NCBI RefSeq assembly: GCF_037042905.1
Contig: NC_087245.1
Span: 16,866,001 to 16,930,000, forward strand
Length of the DNA stretch: 64,000 nucleotides
Reading direction: 5' to 3'
DNA from: Lytechinus pictus
Taxonomy: Eukaryota
Under the pieces are notes generated by a model. That model was not told the origin of the DNA. It did not search any database and saw only the letters and a program-made list of their open reading frames with translations. The translations under genes and the position numbers were made by a program. This document shows, piece by piece, positions 12,481 to 27,400 of the stretch (positions within the stretch are counted from its first letter, which is position 1; the number at the start of each line of letters is the position of its first letter).

Positions 12481-15400
12481 ATGTCAGAGGAAAGTGAGGT
12501 GAAACAAGAACAGGTCCCTCCCTCTGATAGTTTATCGGTAGCATCGACCTCAAGCTCCACATCAAGTGAGACATCTTCATTTACCACAGTAACAACAACT
12601 GCATCCACAGCAGCTGCTCCAGGGAGTTCTGAACCCACTACGGTAACATCAAGCACTGATTCAACAACATCAACGACAGTAACATCGACACAAAATCAAC
12701 CCAGCCCTTCAGCTGGGCTTATCATCACAAGGAGTGGTAAGCTTTGTAACATTATAATATGAACTTCATTTGCTCTTCGGTGTATTAAAGGGAAATTCAA
12801 ATGAATTGTAATTTTGTTCTGATTTTTCAGATTATAAAGGAAAAGTTTGGAGGACAGATAACTGTAAATGAAAGTTTGATAGTAATAACCTTTAAAAAAA
12901 TTGTAATCACTACTGTATCTTAAGCCCAGTGCACCACACTGCTGCGATGCAACTTCAGTAAGATCCAATTGCAACAATCCCATCTCAGTGCAATCGCATT
13001 GCGGGCCAGCGCACAGCAAATTGGCCTTGACGTCGTCATCTAGGACAAATCTGATTTGCTGAAAATGGCAAATTCACAGAAAAATCGCAGAAAGATTTGA
13101 TATGTAAAATGTCTGAGATTTGGTCTGCAAAAGCGGGTCACAGTTGCACATTTTACATGTAGGATTGTGCAGAGTATGTGATTTTGTTGCAATCTGATCT
13201 TGGTGCAGTCACATCGCACAGTGTTCGCTGGGCTTTAGGAATCATTTAATATTGTGATTTAGGGTAGCGACTGCTCAGATTTGTTTTTGATTTACCAAAT
13301 GACTGAAATATCATATTTTCAGTTTTTCCAATGCATTATTTATATAATTATGTCACATTAAATACATGTAGGAGAATGCCAACATGAGTGTTCTGCCCCC
13401 TTTAAGAAAATCCTTGGTTTACAGGGATTAATTTTATAAAAATTTACTTAAAAAATACTATTCATTTCGTTAACATAGGATAGAAAGCCTTTTACACAGT
13501 ATGTATGTTTTTTTTATATTACTGCTTTTGGAGAGGAAAATCTCATTTTCAAAACGGCCATAACTTCACCAGCACCCCCTAAATTTAACATTCCTACTTT
13601 CTTATTCCTTGTCTCATTTCTTTCAAATACTCCCGATTGATTTTTTTTTTTAAAGTTGAAATGCACTTGAGGTGTGAAGAAAGGATTAAGAAATTTATAT
13701 TAGAGTGATGTTTATAGTTCAGATACAATGTATGTACCCGACTTGTTTTTTTGGAATGCTGATGTTGTGTGGTCAGTAAAGTTACATGTATATGTCCATG
13801 TACTGTATGTTAAACCTAACCAGGAAGATGGTCTCTCCTTGTTTCCTTCCCTTGTCATCCCTACAAAAACTCCTTTTCTTCTCACTCCTCATTCTTCTCT
13901 CCTCTCTTCTCTTTTTTCTCTTCTCCCCTCCCTCTCTCTGTCTCTTTTCATCTCTCTCCTCCCCTGTGGTGCACATTATCATTAATTATTTTCTCCAATA
14001 AGTAAATTTCAGTTTAAATCTTTCAATTTCATGTTCCACTCTGATTTTAAATAATATTCCCTTTAAAATTCTGGAGTAAAAACATTCTTGTAATGAGAAG
14101 TCTATTTGTCCTTTCTAGCAATTGTTCACAACCTTAGACCTCACAAACCGAGGAGCTACAGGTTTTTAACAAGAAAGCAGCGGAGCTCCAAGAAACGAAT
14201 GCTGAAGGAGGACAGCCAGTTGAGAAAGACCACCAGTCTAGGACTAAAGTATACAACTTTGAAATCCTATAGTCATCTAGGATTGCCAAGCGCCATCAAG
14301 TGGCGATCCCCTCCTAGATTCCCACCCTCTACTGATTTGATAGTCTTGGTTGTTGGAGGAAAACGTCTATCACGTAGGGACTTCTTGGAGTTGTAACTTG
14401 CTGGCTGTTTTGTTTCAGAATTTGTTTTCCTTTTATTCTGACATTCGTTTTTAAGTATGTTAACTTGAATTTATATCCGTTTGTATGTGCTTGGCTACCG
14501 TTTTTGTAGGTGGTTTCATCCAATGTTAATTGAGAGACTTTCTTCATGAAATGTTTCATGAACAGGTTACATCTGTATTTCCTATATTAACTAACAACAA
14601 TTATTAAGATGAAAAATAACTTGTTCTATTTCAAAAGTTACACATTGCATGACATTGTTTATCTTGACCACCATTTTTGTCTGAGAAAACGATTGCTCTG
14701 TTTCAGCCTACAATCCTATTTGTAAATGTAATAAGTTTTAACATTTGAAATCTTGCTTGTAATATTATATTCCGATAATCTTTTTTTTTAATCATTGTTT
14801 GCATGCAGAATTGAATTTTTCTGGATTCGTTATTTAAAGGAATATTCTGAATGTTTCTGTTTTTATTATTTATTTTGATGACATACTGATATTTGGTTTC
14901 AAATAGCAAAGTTAGAAACAGTGTTCTTCACTGGAAATGAATTATGTAGTGTCAAGGAGAAGGGGAATGAAAAGAAGAAGGAGGTGGAGGAGGAGGAGGA
15001 GAAGAAGGAGAAGGAGGAGGAGGAGAAGGAGGAAGAGAAGGGGGGGGGGGGAGGGAGGGAGAAAGAAGGAGTTGAAGTTAAAAAGAAAAATGATGAGATG
15101 TGTTGTTTTTAAGTACAGAGCTATATATGTAATTTTTGCATGTAGAATTTCTTTCTGTCCATGTTCAATCGTTTGTTGCATTTAGAGAAAGCAGAGTATA
15201 ATTTGTTAAGAAAGTACTCTTTTGGTTTACTTTAATGTAATCTAGTTATTAATGAATTGTAGTGTGATTTCTAATTTAAAGCCTTGCTCTGCTTAACATT
15301 AATATACAACCTATTTAAAAATTCAAATTTGAATATATATGGTGAGGAATGGCATTATTTTTTAGTAGGCTTATATTACTCAAATGTGTACTTTTGTCTT

Positions 15401-18400
15401 TCATAGCTACCATAAAACCAGATGTAACCCTGCTACCAGACTCTGAAGAAGGCATGGATACTACCAAATCAGAAGCATCCTCCATTACTAAAACTACACC
15501 GAGCTCTGGGTCACTTACAAGGACCTCATCCCGTGAACCTTCTGTGCCAACACCAACCATGAAGACGAGAACCAGTGGGTTAGGAGGAGGTAATGGTGCC
15601 TCAAACCCCAGTTCATCTGCACCAAGCACTCCCACCATGAAGACCAGACATTCCAACAGGGTGACAACCCCAAAGTCTCTTGGTAACACAACCAGTTTGA
15701 CCGTTGGTGGGAGGGCAATGTCCACTCCAAGTACACCGGTCACCCTGCAGTCTCAAGAGGATAGTCTGATTAAACGCCGAAGCTCGTCGAGATCAATCAA
15801 GAGGAAGAAGTTTGATGATGAGCTCGTGGAGAGCAGTCTGGTGAAGTCAACCCGTGGTGGCAAGGTTCCCCCATCACCTTTGACACCAGGGTCGATGCCA
15901 TCCACAACCACTCAGCATCATTCACCAACACCATCCAAACCATCACCTGAACCACAGAGTACACCCAAGCCTCAACCAGCACCTCCATCACCGCAGCCTG
16001 TAAAAGAAGAAGTAGTGAAGGTGGTGGAGGAAAAGAAGGTAGAAAATTTGAGTATTCCGGAGACAAGTTGTTTTGCACAAATTTCATAGAAGGCTAAAAT
16101 TACTCTTGATTTATATGACATCTAAATATTCCATTAATTAGAATTCTATGTTTGAAAATAATCCTTAAACACGAAATGTTCTTTAGAGAGCCGGGTCTAA
16201 AAATATTTGCACCAGCAACCACCATCGCCGGATGACCACCGATGGACAGTCGGGTTTGACTCGGGCCTGTCAAGATTATGATTTTGCAGGACATGAATTT
16301 TGTCATCATAAGCCTTTAGTAAATTATATTCTGAGTTGTAATTAATCTTTGAAAATCTCATGTCTATAAATTTTAATTTCATGGAGTTGTTCATCATTAT
16401 TTCTTCATAACCAGTGTACTTCTTTCTCTTTTTGGCTGTTCACAGGAAAAAGCTCCACCAAAGGCAGTAGAAATGAGTAAGCCATCCCCTCCACCACCAC
16501 CACCTCCCAAGAAAACAGAAGTCCATGTCCCCAAGAAGCCCAAAATAGAGACAGCTGTAACCCCTAAACCTAAACCTACACCCTCAGCACCAAGACAGTC
16601 GAAGACAGAGACATTACGCCCAGCTCCAGAGAAAAGGAAGGGAAAAGCACTTGTAAGTACAGAATTCTCAACATAGACATCAAACTCTTGGTTTCTTTTC
16701 TGACTTTTTATAAATTTAGTATGAGATATCTGTTTACAACATGCAGCAAATTTTTTTTTTCTTTGGACTATTTTTTTTTAACACCACGTGACATGTGTAC
16801 ACCTTGGCCATAGAAAACTATTTTGGAACATTAAAAGTTTGTCACTATTAAAACACGCAATGACAAGACATGGATCGTGTGGTCTAGTGGTTAGAGCATT
16901 GGACTCCTAATCGCCAGGTCGTGAGTTTGAATCCCCATTCTGCCATTGTCTCCTCTTTGATAAAAAAGGCCCAAGAGTAATATCTGTCGTCTATAAGGTC
17001 AGCCGCTATGACTGATTAAACCTAGACTAAAATGTTTCCTAGGTAATTGGTTAACAGCTTTGCGTTTATCAGCAAAACTGCTGTCCTGCCGAGTTCCTAC
17101 GGGAGTTACCATAAACAGAAACGGATTACAACAAGATACAATTTGCTGAGATGTAGGATGACAATACTGCATTCAATTAAATGCATTTTAATTTTTTTAA
17201 ACTACATGGCTGCATATTTGTTGTATTAATCCATAGGTTGGATCGATAACCAAGTGTGACAGTGAGCTGGGTAGGAATCAAGAATCTACCCCCACGCACT
17301 TACGTTCCTCACGCAAATATTGCGCTCGCAAATTTGAGGCAGCTGCGAGGAAGGCTCGCGCAGGCCGTGTACTAATGAATGAGGGAAAAAAAGATTGTTC
17401 AAACTCCATGAAGGTAGGATAATGAGCGCAAGAATCTCATGCTGAGCTGTGCTACATGTATTTGCCAATTTGCGTAATGTCGTAACAGTAATAAAAAAAC
17501 GATAAAAAACGAGTACTATTTTGGATATTTTATTTGCAAATCTAATTATCCATTTTAACAGATTGAGAACATCTACAAGATGGCGACTTCCATGGCTTTG
17601 TTGAAGGCGGTGTAAACTTTCAATAAAATGTCTTTTCATTCTCATTCAAAGTGTAATGTTGGGCTTTCTTTGTAATGAATGACCCATAGACACTGTTATT
17701 TAAGTATATTCTGCATTTGAATTTTTATAGCAGAAATTTATAAGGACAATAGCCAGTCCCCCCCCCCCCCCGTTATTTTTTTCCCCCTGACAACAATATG
17801 TTGGCAGAGGCGAGATTGGAATACCTGAGAATATAGTCATCGGGAAAGATAACATTTAAAATTATACATATGAAGTTGGAAATATGATCATTGATAACTT
17901 GAGGTAGACTGATATTATTTAGGTTTGAATTGTGTGTGCCAGAAAATTATACGTTCAGATGGAAATTCAGTTGATATGTATTGAAAGAGATACTAGGAAA
18001 TTATGAATATGCCGATCAGTGTAAGTCATTATCCTGTGTAAAGCTTTAACATTTTACTGAAAAAAATATAATGTATTTCAATTCAATACATTCTTGTAAT
18101 TCAAGCATTTCACCCTTCTACAATTTATTTTTTTCTTCCAGCCTTCCAAATCCAGTTCATCAAAGTCCAGTCGCTCCAAGAAAACAAAGTCCATAGTCCC
18201 TTTAGCTAGAGAGACCAGCCGTTGGACAGCTGAAGATGATTTAGCATTGATCACTGCTATCCATCAGGTACTGTATGCCACTTTCGTTTTTTGTATGGAA
18301 TATTCAAAATGTTTATATGAACTATTTCTCATACTCAACTCTTGATTTTTCTCATTTTAAAAAGAAAAATCACCTATCAATATCAGTCGACTAGAGTATG

Positions 18401-21400
18401 TATTGAAATCCTGTCCGTTCTCACTCTTTATTTAAGGAAAAAAAACTTCACCAATTCTGATTGAATTAAATCCACTAGCATAAATTGCATTTTGCAGATT
18501 TTTCACCACCCTTGCACTTAATTTTATTAAATATTAAACTCTGCATTTTATTACACTAGTATGCACTGATAGACATGTTCAATCTTGGGATTTTCTTTTT
18601 AACTCAAACATCTGATCCCAAGCTATATGGCCATTGTTCACTCTCTGATCAAAGAAAATGGATTAATCAAATGAAGTGAAATTATATTAGGTCAAGTATT
18701 CTTTATAAACTTGCAGTAGCATCCAATGCCATTAAAAATAAGGAGCCGTAGATACTTAATAATTAGATATCATAGTTTATTGGGATAGTTTTATACTTTA
18801 GCACATTCACTATAATCCACATGGAATAGTGTAACCAGGAAGTCAATTTGAAGACAGAGGGAAAAAAACTCTATAAACCTCCATAATGGGACATTACCCA
18901 GGATATAATGTTCATTGTTGGGTGGTATGAGTCATGGCATCTCAATGAATGAAGACACCAGGGCCAAGTTCAAAGATAATCCCTGTTCTTTATTTCCATT
19001 GTACGTTTTTTATCTGATTTCAAAGTTTTGGTGAGAAATAGAAGCCTTTACAACTATTTGTATAGGTTAAAGTAATAAAAAACATGAATGACACTGGCTG
19101 GCTCAGTAACCAAAGTAGAAAACGTTGGTTGATAAAGGTCAGAGAAATGTATTTAGAAAAATAAGTTTTGCTGAAATACGCACAATATTATACACTGTAC
19201 CCTTACAAATTTTGCATCATTGCAAAGTAATACTCTCCACCCCAAATAACATTTTTCAAAGATAAATTTAGACACATTTGACTCTAGCAAATGTTTTTGT
19301 TGGCCATGGGTATGAATCACTTTTGAAAACGCAAATGTGATATGCAGAAAAAAAAATTCCTTCTTTTAAACCTGAAAAACTACTGTTCAAAATTGTTTGA
19401 AGACAGCTGTTATCTTTGTCATGATTCTATGATTGCCTTATTCAATTGTGGCCTGCTCCCAGTTTAGACATGGATTTTGTACACCTTGTGTTGATGTATA
19501 TCCTGCGTCAAACTCTACAGCGTGTTGTGTATAGTGTCATGTCTCTTGAATATGGCAGGGAATAATTTCCTGGTATTGCATCGCGATTTACTCCACATTA
19601 TTTAATGATTGCAACACAAAATTTCCCTTTTTGAAGCAATTTTTTTTTTTTACATAAGACTGAACAGAAGCAGAAATGCTAATCAAATTTGAGAAGAAAA
19701 AATTATTCCTTGTGAGGGAGGATCAACTTTGATGACAAATTTCTCAAATGCTTTTCCATAGTCATGTCAGTAACTGAGTCCAAAGGTTAACTCTGGTTTA
19801 GTCCCTGCTGAGTAGATTTACCTCACATTCACAGCAATTGCCCTTTGCCGCTCCCTTTAATTTGATGATTCAATGCATCTTTCATCCTCAAACCAACCCT
19901 CCCCATAGATTGTAATTTTTGTTGTCATTTTGATTTGTATTTCTGTGGCCAATGAAATGATTTTTATCCAATTATTGTTACAGACCAATGATCTTGAGCA
20001 GGTTTTTCAGGGTGTGAAGTTCTCTCATCGATTCTCCATGAAAGAGCTAGAGGAGAGGTGGTATGCGTTGCTCTATGATCCTATAGCATCCAAGTGAGTA
20101 TCAAACCCTTTCTGCCTCGTGTGAAATAGAAAAACAAAGGAAAATTCACATTTGGAAATACTTTAAAAGATGGATTTTTAGACTGATTCAAAGTTTCTAT
20201 TTTGCTATAAATCTAAGTGACTATTTAACCATTCTGCTTCTCATAAATTTTTTTTTTTTAGAATTTCATGTATTCAAATTTGGAAATTCTCTGAAAGATT
20301 GATTTGAGACCATTTCAAATCAACTATACAAGCTCGACTGATCGCTGGATATGATCCATGCATGCATGGTAAATTCCTGGATCACATATCCTGTGGTGAA
20401 GAACTCCCAGGAGGGAAAGACTTGCTAAAGGACACTTTACCAATGTACAGTAGCAACCCTATAATGGGGGCATGTTCCTTGTTGTCAGAGAAGTTGTCCT
20501 TCCGGAGAATAGTTCTAGAACTTATAGGTTATCATCTGTCTGCTGTAGTACAGAACGTTTCCAATCAGTCTTTAAAAATAAGAATGGTTTGAGCAAAGTT
20601 TGATTTGTGAGTAAATGCTTTTTGAATGCCCCACTCTCTATTTCTCTCTTCCTCTTTATCTTACTCTTTCCCCTTTTTTCTTTCACTGCTTTCCCTCTTT
20701 CTTGATGATAATAGAGCTTCCCAAACAGCCATGAGGTTACTAAATCCAGACATTAAGATTGCTATCATGTCGCAAGCTCTCTACTCAGAAGAGGAAGAAA
20801 AGGTTGTCGGAACTATTACTTCAGTAAGTTGTATTCTTGCCTTTTCTCAAGTTTAAACAAAACAATATTCTAGAAGTCCTTATGTTTTAATAAGTACAAA
20901 AGTATAATGCAATGTCCAATGAAAGTGGTCGGCAGAGGAATTGTTATTGTCTTGTCTGGGTTTTTTTAATACTAATTTTCAGTTCTTGTTTTTAGTCTAG
21001 ATGCATGGAACTAGCAATTATTTTGCAATTTAAAGAAGATAGTATCTGGAAACATATGAGGACTGCTTGTTATTATCAAACGTGATGTCCATAATGTAGT
21101 AAGTGGAGGTGCCGTGGCTGAGTGGTCTATGGCACTTGGCTATACACAGAAAGTCTGAGGTTCAATCGCTGGCCGCGGCACAAGTATGCCCGTGAGCAAG
21201 GTATTTAATCAACAATGCTATTTTATCCTGCATTCAAATAAATAAAAATGCTATACACATTCTTGGTAACTAGGTGTGCACTTGTGTTTATTAAAAAAAA
21301 ATGGATGTACATAATGTTATGATCAATTAATTTCTCCCCAACTTTCTTTCTCTCTTCCTGTTTGTCTACTCTGTCTTTCTTTCTCTCTGTCTCCCTATTT

Positions 21401-24400
21401 CTATTTCATACTATCTGTCTCTGCGTCTCCCTTTTTCTCTCTGCCACAGACCTCCCTACCTACCGTGGACACATTCCAGGAACTCATCAACAAGAATGGT
21501 ACAATCTTCAATCCAATGAGAATGGCTAAAGGTCTACAGACACATTGGATGACAATGAAACAGTATCACTTGCTTCCAGACCAAACAGGTGAAATACCCT
21601 GGACATTGTAGATTAATATGGGGAGTTTTTCATGAAGCAATTGATTTTCATTAACTAGTTTGTTCTCAGCCAATCAGATGAAAGGATTTCAGGAGCTTAT
21701 GATAATTGACAATGAAAGTCACTGGCAATGGATTTCATGAAATACTCCACTGACGTGTAAACCAATGCTTTGCATACATAGAACGGTGTGTTGGCTCAGT
21801 TGGTAGAGCGTCCATCTCACAACGGGGAGGTCTTGAGTTCAAACCCCGGCTACATCAGACCAAATTACGTTAATAAAAGATGGGAGTTGCTACTACCCTG
21901 TTTGGTGTTCAATGATTAAAGGGATAGAGCCTCGTCGATCTGGCACTGCACAGCGACTGCCGGGCCCACGATCAATTGGGCAAAGCAAATTTTTAGAATA
22001 TTTCATTTTGTGTCTATTTCGAACAATAAAATATGGATTTTCATTCATTTTTTCATATATTTCCACTATTCATGATGAATGTTCACAAGTTATCACATTT
22101 TACATTTGTGATTTGGTGTTTCATGTAGTCATTCATAAAATGCAACATAGGAATAGGCTAAAATGGAATTTGTTGATGTTGGACTCAGAAAAGTAGCAAA
22201 AAGAAATGAATAAGCTCATACAGTGTCAGTGTGACACTCATGCATCTAATATGCAGTTTGACTAGTAAGGAGGTCGTTATTATGAAATTGTCATCTTTTC
22301 TAGGATAAGATATTTAGAAGAGGGATACATTTATTGACCAAGCTAAGATAATGCTGTAAAATATGAAGATGAGTATTTGCACATTCTTGGCATTGTCAGT
22401 ATATGTGATGAACCCTCAAAAGTTGCCTGGTCAATATGGGTGGAATGTGGCCACTGTAAAATAATTCTGCTGCTAGTTTCTTTATTTCATTCCTCTGGTT
22501 TTTTGTTCTTGTTTTTTTTTTATATAGTTCAACCAATGCCCAGAGGTGACCATGTATTAAACTTCTCTGATGCTGAAGACATGATGGACGACTCGCAACT
22601 ACAGTGAGTAAAAGAAAATTGCAATTTTATTTATATTACCGTCTACCTGGTGCTAAATAGGGCAATCTCGAAAGATTTGTTGTAATGGCCTGTGTGGGGG
22701 GGGGGGTGGTAAGACAACCCTCTCCCACTGGTTACTGTACGAAATTGACAATTTCTAGGGACAAAAGGATGAATAAAAACTTGTAAATTCACAAAACCAA
22801 TAAAGCAACCTGAGATTAGATGTTTGAAGGTAGTACAATTACCATAGTATCAGATATTTAAGGGAGTTGGGTGATAAGTAGTACAGCCACATTAAGCCTT
22901 GTTCAGATATGGTCAGACAAAACTCAGCAACATTTTTTCAGGGTGACAGTTATGGTGAGATAATCTCCTCACTCATGATAATAAATGTGCACTTTATGCT
23001 TCAAAAGTGATCCAAAACTTTGCTGACATATTTGTGACATAAGGAAGCAATTTTAATGCCGTGAGCTACAGCATAGGATGTCATGATTTTATTATGTTTT
23101 CGTGAATTTGTCAAGTGCAACTCTATACAGAATAATTTGCACTAAATTATGAAAAAGAAATTGATTGGTACTCAGTATTTGCTGCCTTGTGACAATAGTA
23201 TGGTTACTTGCCTCTGCAATTTTTTTACGTCTCACATCCCATTGACTTTGTACATAAATAGTGGTTGCTGAGGTTTGAAGTGAATGAGCCTGTAGTGTCT
23301 TCTTTTGTTTTGTATTTCATTTTAGCATCCTTTAGCATTTCAAATTTGCACATGTATCTGAATTTAATTCAATGGAAATCCATCCCCTTAGTTTTGAAAT
23401 GGTATGAACTTCAAGGGTGCAAATAAGTACATTTTTATTGCATAATGTAATACATGTAGATTTCTGCTTACATAAATTATTTCTATTTCACTTGAAACAG
23501 AGATCCAAGGGATGAAATCTTGGAGCATGGTGAGTATTTTATTTGAATTTGAAGTTTGATTTGAAGAAACTGAAAAGTATCATTGACATGAAGTAAAAGT
23601 AACTAAAATATTTGCATCTGAATGGCAAAAAGCAAATTTGTCGATGAAAACCACTGACAAGGTGCTTCATGAATGACCCCCCCCCCCCTAGTCATATTGT
23701 AAGCTACTTTTTGTTTGATACATTTGACTGAATGTGAAGAATTTATGTAGATTTTTTTAACTAGAGCCTTTATTACAAAATAAGAACACAAGAATTATTT
23801 TCTTTGTTGATAATGATATGTAGACTACAAATTACTCTCATATTTTACTCTTTAGATTAGAAAGCGATTTTACTGACATATCTTTAGCTCATCATTACTT
23901 GCTATTAAACTTATGTTATAATTGTGTTACTTGCAAATCATTGATTCAATTCCATCTGTTTTAATTGAGAAAAATGCCTGTTAAAAGAGGCCTATTATTT
24001 ACTCGTCAATATGTGTTTAAACTGCTACTTACAAATCATCATTCATTTTATTGTTCTTTTGATTTATAGAGCTTGCAGCCTTTGACAGGAGGCAGAAAAG
24101 ACAAATCAGACATCTTGAAGATGAGATTCCCAAATGGCAGGTCCTGGTTGAAAATGTCACAGGTATGATCAATCTTTTTTAATTCGAATTATTTTACTTT
24201 TTCCAGTCTGAAAAATCAGGGAATTTGATTTAAAAAATAACTCAAATCAGGGAAAAATGCCTTAAATGAGGGAAAATCAGGGAATTTTGATTTGCCCAAA
24301 AGTTGAAAGCACGATAGTCAGTCAGACTCTGTTATGTTTTGTTGCTTATCAAATCAACATCCATTGAATGACTGGTTATGGGGTATGGAGGATGGCTGTA

Positions 24401-27400
24401 TGGGGAGAAGGGAGGCCATTATCATACCTGTCTAATAGCACTAATTAGTTTTACATTATTGTTTTTATACTGAAAATAAATGTAATTCACTGCAAAAACT
24501 TTTAAAAACATGCAAAATTGGGAATGGGTTTGAATAATTATCAGGGAATTTTAAACTTTATCAGGGAAAAATCAGGGAATTTTGTTTTCTTGAAAAGCTG
24601 GGAACCCTGAAATGGCAATCCCCTGTTTATTGGAGACCTGTAGATGGGACCTGAGCATGGACAGGAATATGCAGAAGCATGACATGCTTGCTCTGTTTCT
24701 ATGATTCTGTTCTATAAGATTTGAATTTTTAATTTGATTATTGTGAGAAGCTCAAATTTAAAATTCCAGTAGTATTGTTGTTTTATTAGCATCACATTTT
24801 TCTGCTGACATTTGTTTCATTAGAACTTTGAAATGGATGCCTAATGTCTGACCCATTGTCTTTCATGTACATGTAGTATCGCTCCGATCATATTTGAGTT
24901 TGTGACTTAGGATTTATTGCAAGAAACTCGCAATTGATTGAAAACCAAATTTAGGTTTTGATATCTTAAGACTTACATGGGCCCCGTTGCATAAAAGTTA
25001 CCATTATGGTAACTTTGCCATTCAATGGTAACTCGTCTGGAATCCTTGATTTTGATTGGTTGGTGATCAACGTTACCATGGTAGTTACCATTGGATGGCA
25101 AAGTTACCATAATAGTAAATTTTATGCAACAGGGCCCTGTACTAATTAGACTTGTACCTCAATTCAACAAAGTGAACACAATAACACTTTTCTCTCATCT
25201 TTATTTTCTGAAATGCATAGACATATTTACATTATTTGGTATTTTTTATATAAAAACTTACTATTGTTTTAAGTATTGCAATTTCATGTGATTGGAAATT
25301 TGCTTTTGATTGTTGGTCTACTTTGCAAAATACAAAGGTTTAATTGATGAGCTGTAACTGCAATTGATGCATCAATTACAATTTTGCAATGGATACTTCT
25401 AGTTCATTGCAAATAGTGTCTAGCTATTTTAGTTGTATGCTGTTGGGTTGTATATTGGGAGCGTTGTGGTCCAGTGGATTAGTCTCCGGACTTTGAAACA
25501 GAGGGTCATGGGTTCAAATCCCAGCCATGGCATAGTTTCCTTCAGCAAGAAATGTATCCACATTGTGCTGCACTCAACCCAGGTGAAGTGAATGGGTACC
25601 TGGCAGGAATTTATTCCTTGAAATGCCGAGCGCTGGAAGCTAGCTGCTTGAGCTACAGCCGGGGTAATAATATCTAAGTCCTTTGGAAGCGCATAGAGAT
25701 CTCATGGGCTTTACCTTTTCATACAGTTATCCACTTTAGATAATTTTCATATCTTGAAATCTTTTGATTTTTTTTTGTTTTGTACTTGTAGGAATGCCAT
25801 CCCAGGAGTTTGATAGTCAAACTTTAGCTGTTCTTAGAGGACGTCTGGTCAGGTACCTAATGAGGTCTAAGGAGGTAAGTTATCTTGTTCCATCATAACA
25901 GACATATCATTCAATTGCATTTTGGGATTGCAAATGGCATTATTTAAAATCACATTTACTTAATTAAAAAGGTTAATTATTGTTGCATTTATAATTTTAA
26001 TTTTGTGTATTTTTTAAAGCAGATTTCAAACCAAATTTGATAAAATCATCACCCAAGCTTTTGTATTGATTGATGAAAATATGTGTGAATTCATTCCAAT
26101 AGAAGTGAAATAATCTCTGAGTAATTAGCAAAACAAGCTTGGCAGTCGTTTGATCTTTTTCTATGAAATAGAAATACATATACCCATTTGTTCTTATCTG
26201 TGTTGGTGATTTTCAGTGTACTTCATTTTAGTTTAGACTGCATCATATTCACAGCAATGTGGAGTATGTAATCTAAGCCAGAACCTTGACCCATATTCAT
26301 GCTAACGATTATGAAATCAAAATTTTGATCACTGCCATTACTCAAGTTTAACTTTGAATACAATGGATTTTTTTTTTTGGGGGGGGGGTGTTCCATCAGT
26401 TGTGCAGTCTACTCTTAAAAGGATACTATGGCTTTAAATTTCATCTTTAGCAATGAATAGATACAAGATATTTATTTATTTATACAAGATACAAGATATT
26501 TATCTTCGCAAACATGATTACAAAGAAATTCGTTTTCCACTGGTGTAATATTACATTAGACATGCATGAACAAAATAAAACAAAGAAACAAATAAGTTAC
26601 TCAGGTATGAAGCAGATACAATAAAACATTTACAAAAGTTTGAGTCGTCCAGAATACTTATCATAATTATTATCATTCAAATATTGTAATAATTATTAAC
26701 ATTATTATTATTATCATCACTACTATTACTTTTATGTGATTATTATTATTATCATGAAACTTTCCGGGATATCAGTACATCAGTGTCATCATTTCGCTGG
26801 GAACAGAAGTTTATTTTGAATTTAATTTGTGGATAGAGTCGGGTATGAATGAATTTCTAAAACGGGATAGGCGGGTTGGAGTGGGACAAAGTCTTATGCC
26901 AGAACGATAGAATGAGTAGTAATGATTGAGTGGATGAGAAGTGTCTTTCATGATTGAGCTGACTTTTCCTAGTTTCATCTTGTCCTCTTTTGAGAGATTG
27001 CCAAATACACATAACACATTGAAGAGAAGGACACTTTTAATGACTACTTAAAGAGAAGAGACTGTTAATTTATCTATTACTGGATTAAAGACAAAGCGTC
27101 ACAACCAATTTAAATAGCATCAGCTCAATCAAGTTGACATTGTGTATATTGTATAGTAGCGTTATTAAGGTGAAACATTTCCATCTCAGTCACTCATAAG
27201 TACCCTTGTTTAAATTTTTCAGATCACAATTGGTAGATCAAGCAAAGACAACACCATAGACGTAGATCTTTCTCTAGAGGGGCCAGCATGGAAGGTCTCT
27301 CGGAAACAAGGAATCATCAAACTCAGAAACAACGGGGAATTCTATCTAGCTAACGAGGGCAAGAGGGCCGTTCACATCGATGGGAAACCGGTGCTCAAAG

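Noticed and set aside
21784..21860. tRNA-Val(CAC)-like cloverleaf
   Set aside because: The acceptor and T stems pair poorly, there is no Pol III terminator, and it continues into a SINE body and tail. The same applies at 16872, 21105 and 25457.
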